Source: Bdellovibrionales bacterium (GTDB lineage: Bacteria > Bdellovibrionota > Bdellovibrionia > Bdellovibrionales > UBA1609). From it: DNA of 64,000 nucleotides. Numbering within the stretch: the stretch's first letter is position 1; each line of letters opens with the position of its first letter. The position numbers and the translations under genes are program-made. Of this stretch, positions 1 to 9,814 are shown piece after piece. The DNA lies in NCBI GenBank assembly GCA_050246815.1, contig JBFWVI010000004.1, forward strand, positions 42,975 through 106,974. Reading direction: 5' to 3'. Below the pieces are notes generated by a model. That model was not told the DNA's origin. It did no database searches and was given only the letters and a program-made list of their open reading frames with translations.

Positions 1-1560
1 GGAGAAAGCACCTTTCTGCCCCGCTAAAAGTGCGCTTACTCGATACGCTTCACCTGACATTATTGCTGTAAGCGCGGCCGCCCATTCCCGCCCCGCATCG
101 CTGTCATAGGGAAGCCCTTTAATCATCAATAAAGTTCCCAAGTTGGCATAGCCCAAGCCCAAAGGACGGAAGCGATGACTGTTCCCCGCAATTTGCGCCG
201 TCGGATAACTCGAGAAATCAACAAGAATATCTTGAGCTAAAATCAAGATTCCGACACAGTGACGAAACTGTTCGACATCAAAGTCGCCGCTCTCATTCAA
301 AAAACTAGTGAGGTTAAGCGAAGATAAGTTGCAGGCTGAATCGTTCAGGAACATATATTCTGAACAAGGATTGCTGGCATTAATTGTGCCTGACTTAGGA
401 CAAGTGTGCCAAGAGTTAATTGTCGAATGAAATTGTAGGCCTGGATCAGCGCAGCTCCATGCCGCCTCAGATACCTTTCGCCACAGGTCTCTTGCCTTGT
501 ATGTGTGGATAGTTTCGCCACTGGTCCGCGCCGTTGTTCGCCAGATTCCATCTTCTTCAACCGCTCTCATAAACTCATCGGTAATCCGAATTGAATTGTT
601 TGAGTTTTGACCGGCAACTGTTTTGTATGCCTCACCGTTGAAATCCGAGCTGTAACCGGCGTCCACCATGGCCTTGACCTTTCTTTCTTCGCGCATTTTC
701 CACGTGATGAGGTCTTCAATTTCAGGATGATCCATGTCGAGGCAAACCATCTTCGCCGCACGTCGTGTTGTGCCTCCCGATTTGGTCGCGCCAGCACTTC
801 GATCTAAGACTTCTAAAAAACTCATTAGACCTGAGCTATAACCGCCTCCAGAAAGTTTTTCATATCGACTTCGCAGCTTTGAAAAATTAGTGCCTGAACC
901 AGATCCGTATTTAAAAAGACGTGCTTCATGTTTGATCAGGTCGTAGATGCTCATTAGGTCATCATCGACACTTTGTATGAAGCACGCAGAACACTGAGGA
1001 TGCTCAAACGGACTTTTTGTAATTTCAATTTTTCCTGTTTTAACATTCAAAAAGAAGGAGCCCCCTGAGCCAGTGATCCCATATTCATGAAACAATCCAC
1101 AATTAAACCAAACGGGACTATTGAAAGCCCCCTTCTGCTGGAGCAGGATATGAACAAGCTCATTTTCAAATCTTTGCCCATCTTGCGGCGTCTGGAAGTA
1201 ACCGCCAAGCTCTTCGCCGGCATGTCGGATCGTGTGCGCCACACGACGAACCAGCTGCCGAACAGATGTTTCGCGCCCGCCGCCCTTGACACCCGAACGA
1301 CGGAAGTACTTGCTTGCCGCGATGTCGACCGCCAGTTGACCCCATGTCGTTGGGGCTTCGACGTTGTTCATTGAAAAAATCTCCTGACCTTCGGCGCCTT
1401 TTACCGTGCATTCACGCACACTCCATTGCACTTGGGCGTACGGATCTGCCCCTTCAGGAACAAGATACGCTTTGATTTTGAAACCAGATCTACTTTTTTT
1501 ATTTAATGACGGCCGAGACCTTCGATTTAAAGCTGCTGTTGTCGTATCATGTGAGGTCAT
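1..1560 (-). CDS. nrdJ: Class II (adenosylcobalamin-dependent) ribonucleotide reductase, N-terminal ~520 aa, continues off the window
   Basis: Manual minus-strand translation from ATG at 1560 (RBS AAGGAG upstream) gives AFNSPVWFNCG, QCSACFIQSVDD, KSGGTTRRAAKM, catalytic ASNPCSEYMFLNDSACNL and RPLGLGYANLG. Not in the ORF track because no stop lies inside the window. Confidence 0.95.
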   Translation of the reverse strand, partial: MTSHDTTTAALNRRSRPSLNKKSRSGFKIKAYLVPEGADPYAQVQWSVRECTVKGAEGQEIFSMNNVEAPTTWGQLAVDIAASKYFRRSGVKGGGRETSVRQLVRRVAHTIRHAGEELGGYFQTPQDGQRFENELVHILLQQKGAFNSPVWFNCGLFHEYGITGSGGSFFLNVKTGKIEITKSPFEHPQCSACFIQSVDDDLMSIYDLIKHEARLFKYGSGSGTNFSKLRSRYEKLSGGGYSSGLMSFLEVLDRSAGATKSGGTTRRAAKMVCLDMDHPEIEDLITWKMREERKVKAMVDAGYSSDFNGEAYKTVAGQNSNNSIRITDEFMRAVEEDGIWRTTARTSGETIHTYKARDLWRKVSEAAWSCADPGLQFHSTINSWHTCPKSGTINASNPCSEYMFLNDSACNLSSLNLTSFLNESGDFDVEQFRHCVGILILAQDILVDFSSYPTAQIAGNSHRFRPLGLGYANLGTLLMIKGLPYDSDAGREWAAALTAIMSGEAYRVSALLAGQKGAFS

Positions 1561-1650
1561 CTGTCTCTCCTTGATATTCTAGATACCAGATCAATATGGG
1601 GCTGACAGCGTCAAGATTGTTGTGGTCGAGGCTGGTCATATTTATTTCTG

Positions 1651-1666
1651 TATGATTCACGTCATA
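1651..1666. promoter_or_regulatory. Crp/Fnr-type palindrome TATGAT-TCAC-GTCATA upstream of nrdJ
   Basis: Matches three other copies at 6282, 7884 and 9711. Confidence 0.6.
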
Positions 1667-1786
1667 TCGCAGAATGCGAATTGAAACGCGAGGCGATAAA
1701 TTGTCCCGGCAATGGGACGAAATGTCCCCCCAATATCATAATCCGACAACTCGCGCGCGGGCCGCAGATGGCGGCATACGATCTCA

Positions 1787-3427
1787 TCATTTTCGACTGA
1801 AGTTGAGTAGCTCGATGACAAATTCTTCGACGAATGCAGTCTTCGATTCCTTGGACGTCACAAAGGGATTCATTAAAACTAATCGCAGCATAAACCAATG
1901 ATCCTGATCCATTTGCAGCTGCCGTTCGGATGCTAAACGCTCCAGAAGCGCGCCATATGCTTGCGCATGCAAAACAGTTTTCGAAACCGAAAAACACGGA
2001 CTTGATTCAAAATAACGAAAGATATCTTCTGTCCTATTATTTATTTCGGAGACCTTCATTCCCCAAGGTGCAAAGCAGAAACACAGGACATTCAAATCAA
2101 CCGGATCAACCACCAAGAACTCTGGAGCTCGCGATTGCAATTCGTGCAAGACTGAATCACGAGCTTCGATTCCCTTTGCCAAGAGTCGACCATAACCGGC
2201 CGCATTTAGCCCCAATGCCCTATTGGCCAACCATGTGGCCGTCACTCCAGCTCCTGACCGTGACCCCTCAAGGGTCGTCACCCAACGACTGTTATTTTCA
2301 CGCATCAAATAGGTCGCTTGGAATTCACGGACTCGGTAGTGTTCATGGTCACGTGCTATAAACGCGCCACAAGCATATGGAACGTAACCAAGCTTATGTG
2401 GATCTAACGTCACGGAGTCCACACGACGAATAGCCCTTAAGTCCCGCCCCACCCGGGCATTGAGTTTGGACTCCACTTCGTCGCCATCCAACATCGCAGT
2501 GTAATACCCACCATACGCGGCATCGACATGATGCCAAATATCCAATCCCCGTTCCCGCCCCAAATCTAATATATCTTGTACCTCGGTGATGGGATCGACC
2601 TCACCCATTTCTGTGGTTCCTGCGACCGACACGACTAACATCACTTGGCGTCGGCGCTCTGCAGCCAGCTCTAGTTTTGCGCGCAAGTCATCCGTCGACA
2701 ATCGCCCAGTGCGGTCCAAAGCCACAGGCCATAAGGCCTCTTCACCAAGCCCCATAAGACTGACGGCCTTCTCCCAAGAGAAGTGTTTATTGTTCGGCAC
2801 CAGTACGACTGGTCCTTCAAACTGGTGACCTGTTTGATTCTTGTACTCTCGGGCGAACACCCATGGCCCTAATTTGAGCGGACTTAAATGCAGTTTTTCT
2901 TCAAAGCTCCGGTCCATTCGGACAATGGCCCGCCACAAGGCTTCGAAGTTTGCGATCGTGCCGCCCGAGGTGAAGTGGCCGCAGGCTTGCTTTGGATCAA
3001 AGCCCAGCATTTCCGCAAGATCCGCAATCGCCTCTTCCTCGAGTCTTGATGTTACTCGACTGACCTCGCGTGAAGTGTTGTTTGGGTTGTGCAGTAGAGC
3101 GCAAACGTGACCCAAAATGGCCGGCAGACTGACTTCCGAGACCATGTGACCAAGGTACCTGGGGGTAAACTTAGGAGTTTCATCTTCCAAAACTTTAAGA
3201 ACATAGCGAAACTCCGTCTCTAATCGACGCAAAGCCTCTAGGAATGCAGGCGTATTTCGGTCCGCTTCCGAAATGGAATTCCCATCGTGGGGAAATATAG
3301 AGCGTCGCCACCGAATCCAATTGTCGAGAATTTCAATCCACTTTTCCCTCAGCCAATCTGCGTTCTCGGCCTGGGGACCCAAGAAAAAGCTTTTGATCGC
3401 GATGTCCTGTGGTTCACAACTGTTCAT
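1787..3427 (-). CDS. Group II PLP-dependent decarboxylase, tyrosine-decarboxylase-like
   Basis: FTSGGTIANFEALW, HVDAAYGGY, PLP-lysine motif DPHKLGYVPY, TLEGSRSG and N-terminal FLGPQAEN resemble TyrDC-type enzymes. Confidence 0.85.
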   Translation of the reverse strand: MNSCEPQDIAIKSFFLGPQAENADWLREKWIEILDNWIRWRRSIFPHDGNSISEADRNTPAFLEALRRLETEFRYVLKVLEDETPKFTPRYLGHMVSEVSLPAILGHVCALLHNPNNTSREVSRVTSRLEEEAIADLAEMLGFDPKQACGHFTSGGTIANFEALWRAIVRMDRSFEEKLHLSPLKLGPWVFAREYKNQTGHQFEGPVVLVPNNKHFSWEKAVSLMGLGEEALWPVALDRTGRLSTDDLRAKLELAAERRRQVMLVVSVAGTTEMGEVDPITEVQDILDLGRERGLDIWHHVDAAYGGYYTAMLDGDEVESKLNARVGRDLRAIRRVDSVTLDPHKLGYVPYACGAFIARDHEHYRVREFQATYLMRENNSRWVTTLEGSRSGAGVTATWLANRALGLNAAGYGRLLAKGIEARDSVLHELQSRAPEFLVVDPVDLNVLCFCFAPWGMKVSEINNRTEDIFRYFESSPCFSVSKTVLHAQAYGALLERLASERQLQMDQDHWFMLRLVLMNPFVTSKESKTAFVEEFVIELLNFSRK

Positions 3428-4050
3428 TTTTCATTCGCATGGCTACTTAGCTTCTCTACAAAATTTTTATGATCAGCGTTAATTCCGTTAATACGTTCAA
3501 TGATGTCACCCTTCTCATTAAGAAGCGCGAAGATATTTGAGTGCGAATACTCACCCAACTTATCTTTGCTGTAGGCTACCCCAAGTAGTACGGCCATTTC
3601 GCGAACGTCTTTGTCGGATTGAGGAGATAACCAGGTCCACCGGCCAAAATCCAAGCCCCTCTTCTTCATGAATGAAGCCAGACGCTCCGGGGTGTCGCGT
3701 TTTGGATCAAAAGACGCTAAAACGATCCTGTAATTCGAAATACCTTTGGCAATCAATTCACTCTCAATCTTTTTTAGCTTCGCGACCGTAAGTGGACATG
3801 TGTAGGTGCAGTGCGTGTAGGCCATTGCGACAACAATTTTTTTGCCGCGAAACTCTTTGAGAGTTACTTTTTTCCCAGTCTGATCACGCCACTGAGTTTC
3901 GGAGTTGTAAAGGGACGAGTCGCTATAGGCCGCCTGCAGTGCTGGCTTGGCCGATTGGTCGTCGTGATGGTGTTGATGGTCCTCGGCCCCAATATTAAAA
4001 CTGAAAATCATGACAATGAGAGAGCTCAAGAGAATTGCAGTCGCCGTCAT
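3424..4050 (-). CDS. SCO1/SenC family copper chaperone
   Basis: CxxxCP (CTYTCP), DPKRDTPE, conserved His in YSHS, signal peptide and His-rich N-terminus. Confidence 0.92.
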   Translation of the reverse strand: MTATAILLSSLIVMIFSFNIGAEDHQHHHDDQSAKPALQAAYSDSSLYNSETQWRDQTGKKVTLKEFRGKKIVVAMAYTHCTYTCPLTVAKLKKIESELIAKGISNYRIVLASFDPKRDTPERLASFMKKRGLDFGRWTWLSPQSDKDVREMAVLLGVAYSKDKLGEYSHSNIFALLNEKGDIIERINGINADHKNFVEKLSSHANEK

Positions 4051-4835
4051 TATGATTCTCCTTTGACACAGCGGAATCCCAGGTTCCAGGTGGTTGATGC
4101 ACCCTTTAAAGATGAACGAAAGGCGAACCGCATGAACGCGGCATAGTTTTCTTTATTGCCACCGGCCATAGCACCCGAGCCGCAAAATAGTTCCCGGTTC
4201 AACGAGCTTTCGGTACGGCCCTCACCGGCAACAAGGCTGGAGTTGAAATCATAGACCCATTCCCAAATGAGCCCGTGAAGATCATGCAGGCCATACAGAT
4301 TCTTGGGGCGACGACCAACTTTACTTAGCGTGGTGCTTTCTTGAGGCTGCGAGTACCATTCTAAAATCTGACGTAAAAACGCGGGGTCCTGACTGGCATC
4401 CGTTTTCGTTTCGCTGGCGGCGGCCAAATACTCCCACTCGGCCATTGTTGGCAAGCGCATGCCCAAGCCCTCGCAGTAAGCCTGAGCTGCGAACCACGAG
4501 ACATTGGTTACGGGCGAATCCTTCGTTACATCGCCCCTGAGTTTGAGGTCAGATTGAAACTGCTTTAAGTAGCCATCATCCGCGAAAAGGGTTTTTACCT
4601 TTGATCTGCGCCACTCTGGATGAGATTTCAAAAACTCCAGAAATTGTTTATTGGTCACAGGTAAAACCATAGCCTCGAAGGCCTTGATTTTAAGAGGCTC
4701 CACTTGTCCTGATTTGTCTTTGGTTGTTATCCAGAATGGTGCGAGCGCACCCGAGGGTATCGCAACGACAGAAGGGGGCGTTGCGGCGCTCGCTGCCACA
4801 CTTACAAGAACCAAAATGAGAGCCTTTATCCGCAT
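4050..4835 (-). CDS. Formylglycine-generating-enzyme (FGE-sulfatase) domain protein, NirV-like
   Basis: PVTNVSWFAAQAYC, RLPTMAEWEY, NLYGLHDLHGLIWEW and NLGFRC; directly downstream of nirK. Confidence 0.9.
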   Translation of the reverse strand: MRIKALILVLVSVAASAATPPSVVAIPSGALAPFWITTKDKSGQVEPLKIKAFEAMVLPVTNKQFLEFLKSHPEWRRSKVKTLFADDGYLKQFQSDLKLRGDVTKDSPVTNVSWFAAQAYCEGLGMRLPTMAEWEYLAAASETKTDASQDPAFLRQILEWYSQPQESTTLSKVGRRPKNLYGLHDLHGLIWEWVYDFNSSLVAGEGRTESSLNRELFCGSGAMAGGNKENYAAFMRFAFRSSLKGASTTWNLGFRCVKGES

Positions 4836-4855
4836 GATTCACATCTATATGTCTA

Positions 4856-6253
4856 TTAATGACCAGGCTTTACAGGCTCCACCTTGACCTTGGACACTTC
4901 ATCTGGGGTTACAGTTTTTCCGGAATTGCCCCAAGAGCTATAAACGAAGGTCAACACATTCGCGATGTCTTCGTCAGATAGACCAAGGGCCGGCATCACG
5001 CTGTTGTACTTGTTGCCGTTCACCTTAACTTCACCACTTAAACCGTTTCGCACGACTGCGATCGCCCGAGTCTTATCGGCATTAAGATAGTCCGACGCGG
5101 CCAATGGAGGAAAGGCGTCTGCAATTCCTCTCCCGTCCACTTGATGGCAGGCCGCGCAGTTCTGCGTGTAAACGGCCTTACCCATACGAATGCGATCTTG
5201 CTTCGTCTTGGCAACGGCAACTTGTGCTTCCGGCGTCTTTTGGATAGCCCCACCTTCCGCCAAATATACGGCGTCGGACATCTGGCCTGAATAAACCACT
5301 TTGTTCTCAGGCCCTTGCACTTTCATTATCCCTAGAGCACCCTTGTTAAAAGTTCGAAAAATCGAGTGGTCTACGAGGATATAATTACCAGGCACGTCCA
5401 CTTTATATTCGACGATTGTTGAACCGCCGGCTGGTACGAGAGTCGTTTGGACGTTCTTTGTAAACGCAGTGCCACCTTCGGTATAGACTTTATCAAAAAT
5501 CTCGCCAATAACATGGAAGGATGAAACCAGATTCGGACCGCCATTGCCCACAAATAGTCTTACAGTCTCACCAACTTTGGCAGGCAAAGATTTTTCGCCC
5601 GTGATTGCACCAACGGAGCCGTTGAAAATGACGTACGTCGGCTTCTCATCGATGGCTTTCTCCATGCTAAAAGGCTGATTCCCCTGCTGACCGTATTTGC
5701 CCTTCGTGTAGAAGTCGCCTTGCATGACATAGAATTCACGATCGACTTTGGGCAGGCCCTCTTTGGGCTCGACAAGGATCAAACCATACATGCCGTTCGC
5801 AATGTGCATACCCACGGGGGCCGTGGCGCAGTGATAGACATAAAGCCCAGAGTTAAGCGCTGTGAACGAAAAGACCGTCTCGTGTCCGGGAGCTGTGAAC
5901 GAAGATGCGGCCCCACCCCCGGGCCCTGTAACAGCATGCAAGTCAATATTGTGAGGCATTTTACTGCTGGGATGATTGCGCAAATGGAACTCAACAAGGT
6001 CGCCCTCTTTGACCCGAATAAAGCTTCCCGGCACCGTCCCACCAAAGGTCCAAAAGGTGTAATCAACACCTTCGGCAATCTTCATTTTCTTTTCAAGCAC
6101 TTCTAGATGAACAATCACTTTCGTGTTGTTCTTCCGCGTGATCGGGGGCGGCACCTCGGGCGGCGACGTTAGTTTTGCTATCTCTTCGCCCTTGATATTG
6201 GCATGAACGAACGAGCTAGCGGCCAAAAGTGCTACTAAGAATACTGCTTTCAT
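4856..6253 (-). CDS. nirK: Copper-containing nitrite reductase with C-terminal cytochrome c domain
   Basis: [22 protein letters not shown] and SSFHVIG copper ligands; C-terminal CAACH heme motif; signal peptide. Confidence 0.96.
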   Translation of the reverse strand: MKAVFLVALLAASSFVHANIKGEEIAKLTSPPEVPPPITRKNNTKVIVHLEVLEKKMKIAEGVDYTFWTFGGTVPGSFIRVKEGDLVEFHLRNHPSSKMPHNIDLHAVTGPGGGAASSFTAPGHETVFSFTALNSGLYVYHCATAPVGMHIANGMYGLILVEPKEGLPKVDREFYVMQGDFYTKGKYGQQGNQPFSMEKAIDEKPTYVIFNGSVGAITGEKSLPAKVGETVRLFVGNGGPNLVSSFHVIGEIFDKVYTEGGTAFTKNVQTTLVPAGGSTIVEYKVDVPGNYILVDHSIFRTFNKGALGIMKVQGPENKVVYSGQMSDAVYLAEGGAIQKTPEAQVAVAKTKQDRIRMGKAVYTQNCAACHQVDGRGIADAFPPLAASDYLNADKTRAIAVVRNGLSGEVKVNGNKYNSVMPALGLSDEDIANVLTFVYSSWGNSGKTVTPDEVSKVKVEPVKPGH

Positions 6254-6281
6254 GGGTGTGCCCCTTTTTTATTGTTCACTT

Positions 6282-6297
6282 TATGTTCTAGATCACA
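6282..6297. promoter_or_regulatory. Crp/Fnr-type palindrome TATGTT-CTAG-ATCACA upstream of nirK
   Basis: Variant of the shared box; on the minus strand it reads TGTGA-N6-ACATA, which is CRP-like. Confidence 0.6.
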
Positions 6298-6315
6298 AAT
6301 ATAAATAAGCAATTT

Positions 6316-7011
6316 TTATGCCTCGAGTTTGCCGCTTAGGATTTCAAGCACCTTGTCCATTTTTAATATTTCAATGTGCTGTCCTGATGTTCGAATAATC
6401 CCAAGCTGAGACCAACTGCTCATAACTCGAATAACCGATTCCACTGTGGACCCAACGGCATCCGCAATTTCTTGTCTCGTTAATGGAATGGGCAAAATTG
6501 TCCCTGCATCTGTACCATAGCGATCAATCAGCGAGACAATCTGTCTCGCTATCTTTCTTGGTAGCGGCGTTTTAGTCATACTTTTTTGATCATGGAAGTC
6601 CGTCATTCGCGAATAAATCAAGGCATTCACCCGGCGCATAGCGATCTGGTTTTTTTGCCAGGATTCTTGAAAAGTCCGCCGTGGAATTTTTAATACCACT
6701 GTTTCCCCCAAGGCAATCACCGACACTGGGTACGTGCTCTTGTCCTGGACCATAATCAAGGCGCCGATCACATCGCCGGGAAGCGCAAAAAGAACAATGA
6801 CATCGTCACCCGAGGGCGAAGGTTTCACTAGTTTGACCGCGCCTTCAAGCACCAACGCGAAAAAATGGGCGTCCGTATCCGCCTTGAAGAGAGTCGCTCT
6901 ATGTTTAAGCAACTTCTCTTCGGCGCCCTCCAGTAAACTTGCGACCTCAGAGTCCTCGAACCCTTCGAAAACCCCCAAGGATTTGATTTTTTCTGTCACA
7001 TGAATAGGCAT
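6316..7011 (-). CDS. Crp/Fnr family regulator (Dnr/NnrR/HcpR-like, no FNR Cys cluster)
   Basis: cNMP-binding fold (VLEGAVKL, PGDVIG) and C-terminal HTH LTRQEIADAVGSTVESVIR. Confidence 0.92.
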   Translation of the reverse strand: MPIHVTEKIKSLGVFEGFEDSEVASLLEGAEEKLLKHRATLFKADTDAHFFALVLEGAVKLVKPSPSGDDVIVLFALPGDVIGALIMVQDKSTYPVSVIALGETVVLKIPRRTFQESWQKNQIAMRRVNALIYSRMTDFHDQKSMTKTPLPRKIARQIVSLIDRYGTDAGTILPIPLTRQEIADAVGSTVESVIRVMSSWSQLGIIRTSGQHIEILKMDKVLEILSGKLEA

Positions 7012-7049
7012 GAGGTGATCTGACCACAGATTTAAACTACCGTCTAGCC

Positions 7050-7829
7050 CTAGAACTCCAGTGTCAAATCGGCAGCAGTGAAATGGTAACGAATGCGATC
7101 GCCTTCAAGATTATATTCATTGTCATAAACGGCTAGCGATAGCCATGCCCTCTCCATCAATGAGTAACGAACGCGAAGGCCGCTTCCCAGTGAATCAGAA
7201 TTGCCATTTCCGAAGTCAGGATCGGCTAAAATGGAGAGCACCGCATCCTTCTCGACTCGACGAAAAAAATAGCCAAGCTCCAAACCCCTTATTTTATCGA
7301 CAGATCCATAGGTCACCCCAACCGTGTATGCGCGATTGCCCGCTCCAAGCCCTAGATTTTGCACGAGGTCGAACCACGCGCCAACAGCGCGCCGCCCCAA
7401 TTCCCAATCGAAAGTTCCCGAAACCGAGAGCGGATCGTAACCAAAGCGGTAAACATGCCCTGTTTTGACTGTTTCGATGCTGTTTCCCCTTGGATCAACG
7501 TCGTCCCCCAGAATCGTATGCCCTTTGATATTGGTGACAGTCCCAACACCTAACGCCAACTTGGTATGAACTTTTCGAATATTTTTTGTAAAACCAACTT
7601 GTACGCCCAGCAAATTTGTATCTTCCGCGCCCTCAAGGCAATGCGCGTGAAGGTTGAAAAAAATGGCTTGCGAAGGGCCCATGTTGCGATAGATCGCAGC
7701 GAATCCTTCGGGAGCTGATTCGCTGTTAAATAACATCTCAGACTCGGACGGCACCCACCACACATCGGCCGCAGCCATTTCGGTGCAAATAAATCCAATG
7801 ATAAGTGCCAACGTTTGAAGGCAACCCAA
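7050..7829 (-). CDS. Putative porin, N-terminally shortened paralogue of 9815..10921
   Basis: TTG start at 7829 after GGAGGA, signal peptide ending AAA, EKDAVLSILADPDFG motif, C-terminal DLTLEF. Confidence 0.7.
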   Translation of the reverse strand: MGCLQTLALIIGFICTEMAAADVWWVPSESEMLFNSESAPEGFAAIYRNMGPSQAIFFNLHAHCLEGAEDTNLLGVQVGFTKNIRKVHTKLALGVGTVTNIKGHTILGDDVDPRGNSIETVKTGHVYRFGYDPLSVSGTFDWELGRRAVGAWFDLVQNLGLGAGNRAYTVGVTYGSVDKIRGLELGYFFRRVEKDAVLSILADPDFGNGNSDSLGSGLRVRYSLMERAWLSLAVYDNEYNLEGDRIRYHFTAADLTLEF

Positions 7830-7883
7830 TTGTTCCTCCGCGAAATTGTTGCCCGACATTATGAAAAGATAGGGATGATGATT

Positions 7884-7899
7884 TATGATCCAAATCATA
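7884..7899. promoter_or_regulatory. Perfect Crp/Fnr-type palindrome TATGAT-CCAA-ATCATA
   Basis: Perfect inverted repeat; a minus-strand -10-like CATAAT lies at 7858-7863, 20 nt away. Confidence 0.7.
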
Positions 7900-8250
7900 A
7901 GTGCCATTTAACCACTCCAGAACCTGCATTTTTGTCATTTGCTTTTCAATACAAGCATAGATTCAGGATCCCGGATTTGGCAGTTCCACTGCCGAATCGT
8001 CATGATTATGGGACAAAAGTTCTTCTCATGAAGTATAAAGGATGAGCCATTCTGTCTCGAAAACCAAATCGAGCAGAGCAGAGTCACGATGCCAAAGGCC
8101 CACTTCTTGCTTCGCTTTGACCTCGTAATATCCCAACAGGAAGACACATGCCACTCATGATCGCGGCAGAATACTTTGAACTTGCTCCGGACCGACGAAA
8201 AAAGATCGAGCCAAATCAACAATTGGATAAAGTGGGAAAGCAATGCAAGC

Positions 8251-8493
8251 ATGGCTGATGTTGAGCGGCGGCGAGCGGAAAACATGATTGGCGAGTACTT
8301 TATCGATGACTCCTGCATCAGCTGTGCGGCGTGCTGGAAGGAAGCCCCCAAAAACGTCTCTAGTCATCCTGTTCACACTTATGCCTATATATGCAAGCAG
8401 CCTGAAAACAATTCTGAGCGTGACGTTTGCGATCGCGCTCTTAAAGTATGTCCGGTAAATGCAATAGGAATCGTATGCAACTCAAGTCGATAA
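8251..8493 (+). CDS. Single-cluster ferredoxin
   Basis: CISCAAC...CPVNAIG. Confidence 0.85.
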   Translation: MADVERRRAENMIGEYFIDDSCISCAACWKEAPKNVSSHPVHTYAYICKQPENNSERDVCDRALKVCPVNAIGIVCNSSR

Positions 8494-9674
8494 GCCCCGA
8501 CCTGCTCGCAGAATCCAAGTTCTTCTTGTTGCCCATATGGCAAGCGGGCTTTCGACCGTTTTTCCTTTTGGCGTTTATTTCAGGCCTCCTTCTACCGCTC
8601 GCATGGGGACTCTTGTTTTCAGGCTATGTTCACCTGCCGCAAGCGTCATTGCCACTTCTTCAGTGGCATGCCCATGAAATGCTATTTGGTTTCGGCTGGG
8701 CCGTTTTGGGCGGCTTTCTATTAACTGCAAGCAAAAACTGGGTCAAAATTCGCGGCATACATGGCCTGCCGCTCGCGGCGCTTGCCTTAATGTGGACTGT
8801 GGAGCGGTTTGCGGCATTATATGGCGGCCACCTTTCCGTTTGGTTGCAGCTCATTTTGCTCAATGCCTTTATTATTTCTTGCGGCGGCTATGTGCTCTAT
8901 TCGCTTATCCGCTACCGCCGTCAAGACAGCTTCAAGGATAATTATTTTTTCCTGATCTGTTTACCGCTCTTTTTTTTCGCGAAAATCTTGGTGCTGAACT
9001 CGGGAACATTTGCGCTTGGTATAGCCCTGAGCATCGGGCTTTTTCGTCTTGCTTTCATCGTTATGCTGGAGCGTACAACTCCGCAGTTCCTCAAAAACTC
9101 GCAAAACCTACAGGTGCCACGCAGCCCGCGTCTTGACTTAACAATCAAGTTCCTTGTTCTGGCCTCTATCTTTTCGATACTCATGCCACCAGTTGTTGCA
9201 AGCGCCCTACTAATCTTGACCGCGATACTGATGACCACTCGCCTCGTGTCGTGGTATCCAATCCAAGGATTGCGTCACTTCGGAATAAGCATCATGTATG
9301 TGGGCCATTTCGGTCTCATCCTCCATTTTCTGCTTGAGGCCATGAGAACTGCCGGCGTCTATCCCGGCATTGGTTCGCTCTCGATACACGTCTTCACTTT
9401 CCTTTGTATGGGAATCATTATTCCGGGAATGTTGATTCGGATTACCCAGGGGCATACGGGACGCGACATCCTGTTCACAAAAACCGATCGGATTGCGCTT
9501 TTTTGCATGGCCCTTGCCGCAATCTCACGCCTTGTACTGACTCAAATCTGGCCACAACACTATTCAATCTTTATTGCCATCGCCGCCGTTGGCTGGGCGT
9601 TGTGCTTTTCCATTATCGGTTGGCGCGTTGCCCCCTTCTTATGGATGGCGAGGGTTGACGGCCGCCTCCATTAG
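8475..9674 (+). CDS. nnrS: NnrS family membrane protein (NO response)
   Basis: GFRPFFL, WHAHEMLFGF, GFLLTA..NW, RITQGHTGR and C-terminal RVDG. Confidence 0.93.
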   Translation: MQLKSISPDLLAESKFFLLPIWQAGFRPFFLLAFISGLLLPLAWGLLFSGYVHLPQASLPLLQWHAHEMLFGFGWAVLGGFLLTASKNWVKIRGIHGLPLAALALMWTVERFAALYGGHLSVWLQLILLNAFIISCGGYVLYSLIRYRRQDSFKDNYFFLICLPLFFFAKILVLNSGTFALGIALSIGLFRLAFIVMLERTTPQFLKNSQNLQVPRSPRLDLTIKFLVLASIFSILMPPVVASALLILTAILMTTRLVSWYPIQGLRHFGISIMYVGHFGLILHFLLEAMRTAGVYPGIGSLSIHVFTFLCMGIIIPGMLIRITQGHTGRDILFTKTDRIALFCMALAAISRLVLTQIWPQHYSIFIAIAAVGWALCFSIIGWRVAPFLWMARVDGRLH

Positions 9675-9710
9675 ATCGCCTATCTGGGCTGAAGAACAAA
9701 CTTTCTGAGG

Positions 9711-9753
9711 TATGACGACCATCATAACGGGCGCTTATTCGTTTCATTATAAT
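9711..9753 (+). promoter_or_regulatory. Crp/Fnr box TATGAC-GACC-ATCATA plus TATAAT -10 (class II activated promoter geometry)
   Basis: Box at 9711-9726 and TATAAT at 9748-9753 put the box centre about 41.5 nt upstream of a predicted start near 9760. Confidence 0.7.
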
Positions 9754-9814
9754 CAGAGCTGGAGGTCTAACAAAAGGCGCTTCTATCGAAAGAAAATACA
9801 AGTTCATCTTATTT

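Noticed and set aside
345..1411. Six short ORFs listed in the track
   Set aside because: They are off-frame or antisense shadows of nrdJ, which spans 1-1560.
1561..1786. NrdR box or cobalamin riboswitch upstream of nrdJ
   Set aside because: No convincing NrdR palindrome or B12-box elements by eye; an Rfam scan would settle it.
7014..7028. GGTGA-TCTGA-CCACA, CRP-like site before the regulator gene
   Set aside because: The spacer is one base short of the shared box.
7900..8250. Possible riboswitch or ORFs (7815..8045, 7935..8351) in the divergent gap
   Set aside because: No recognisable motifs or protein features; only an isolated GCCACT.
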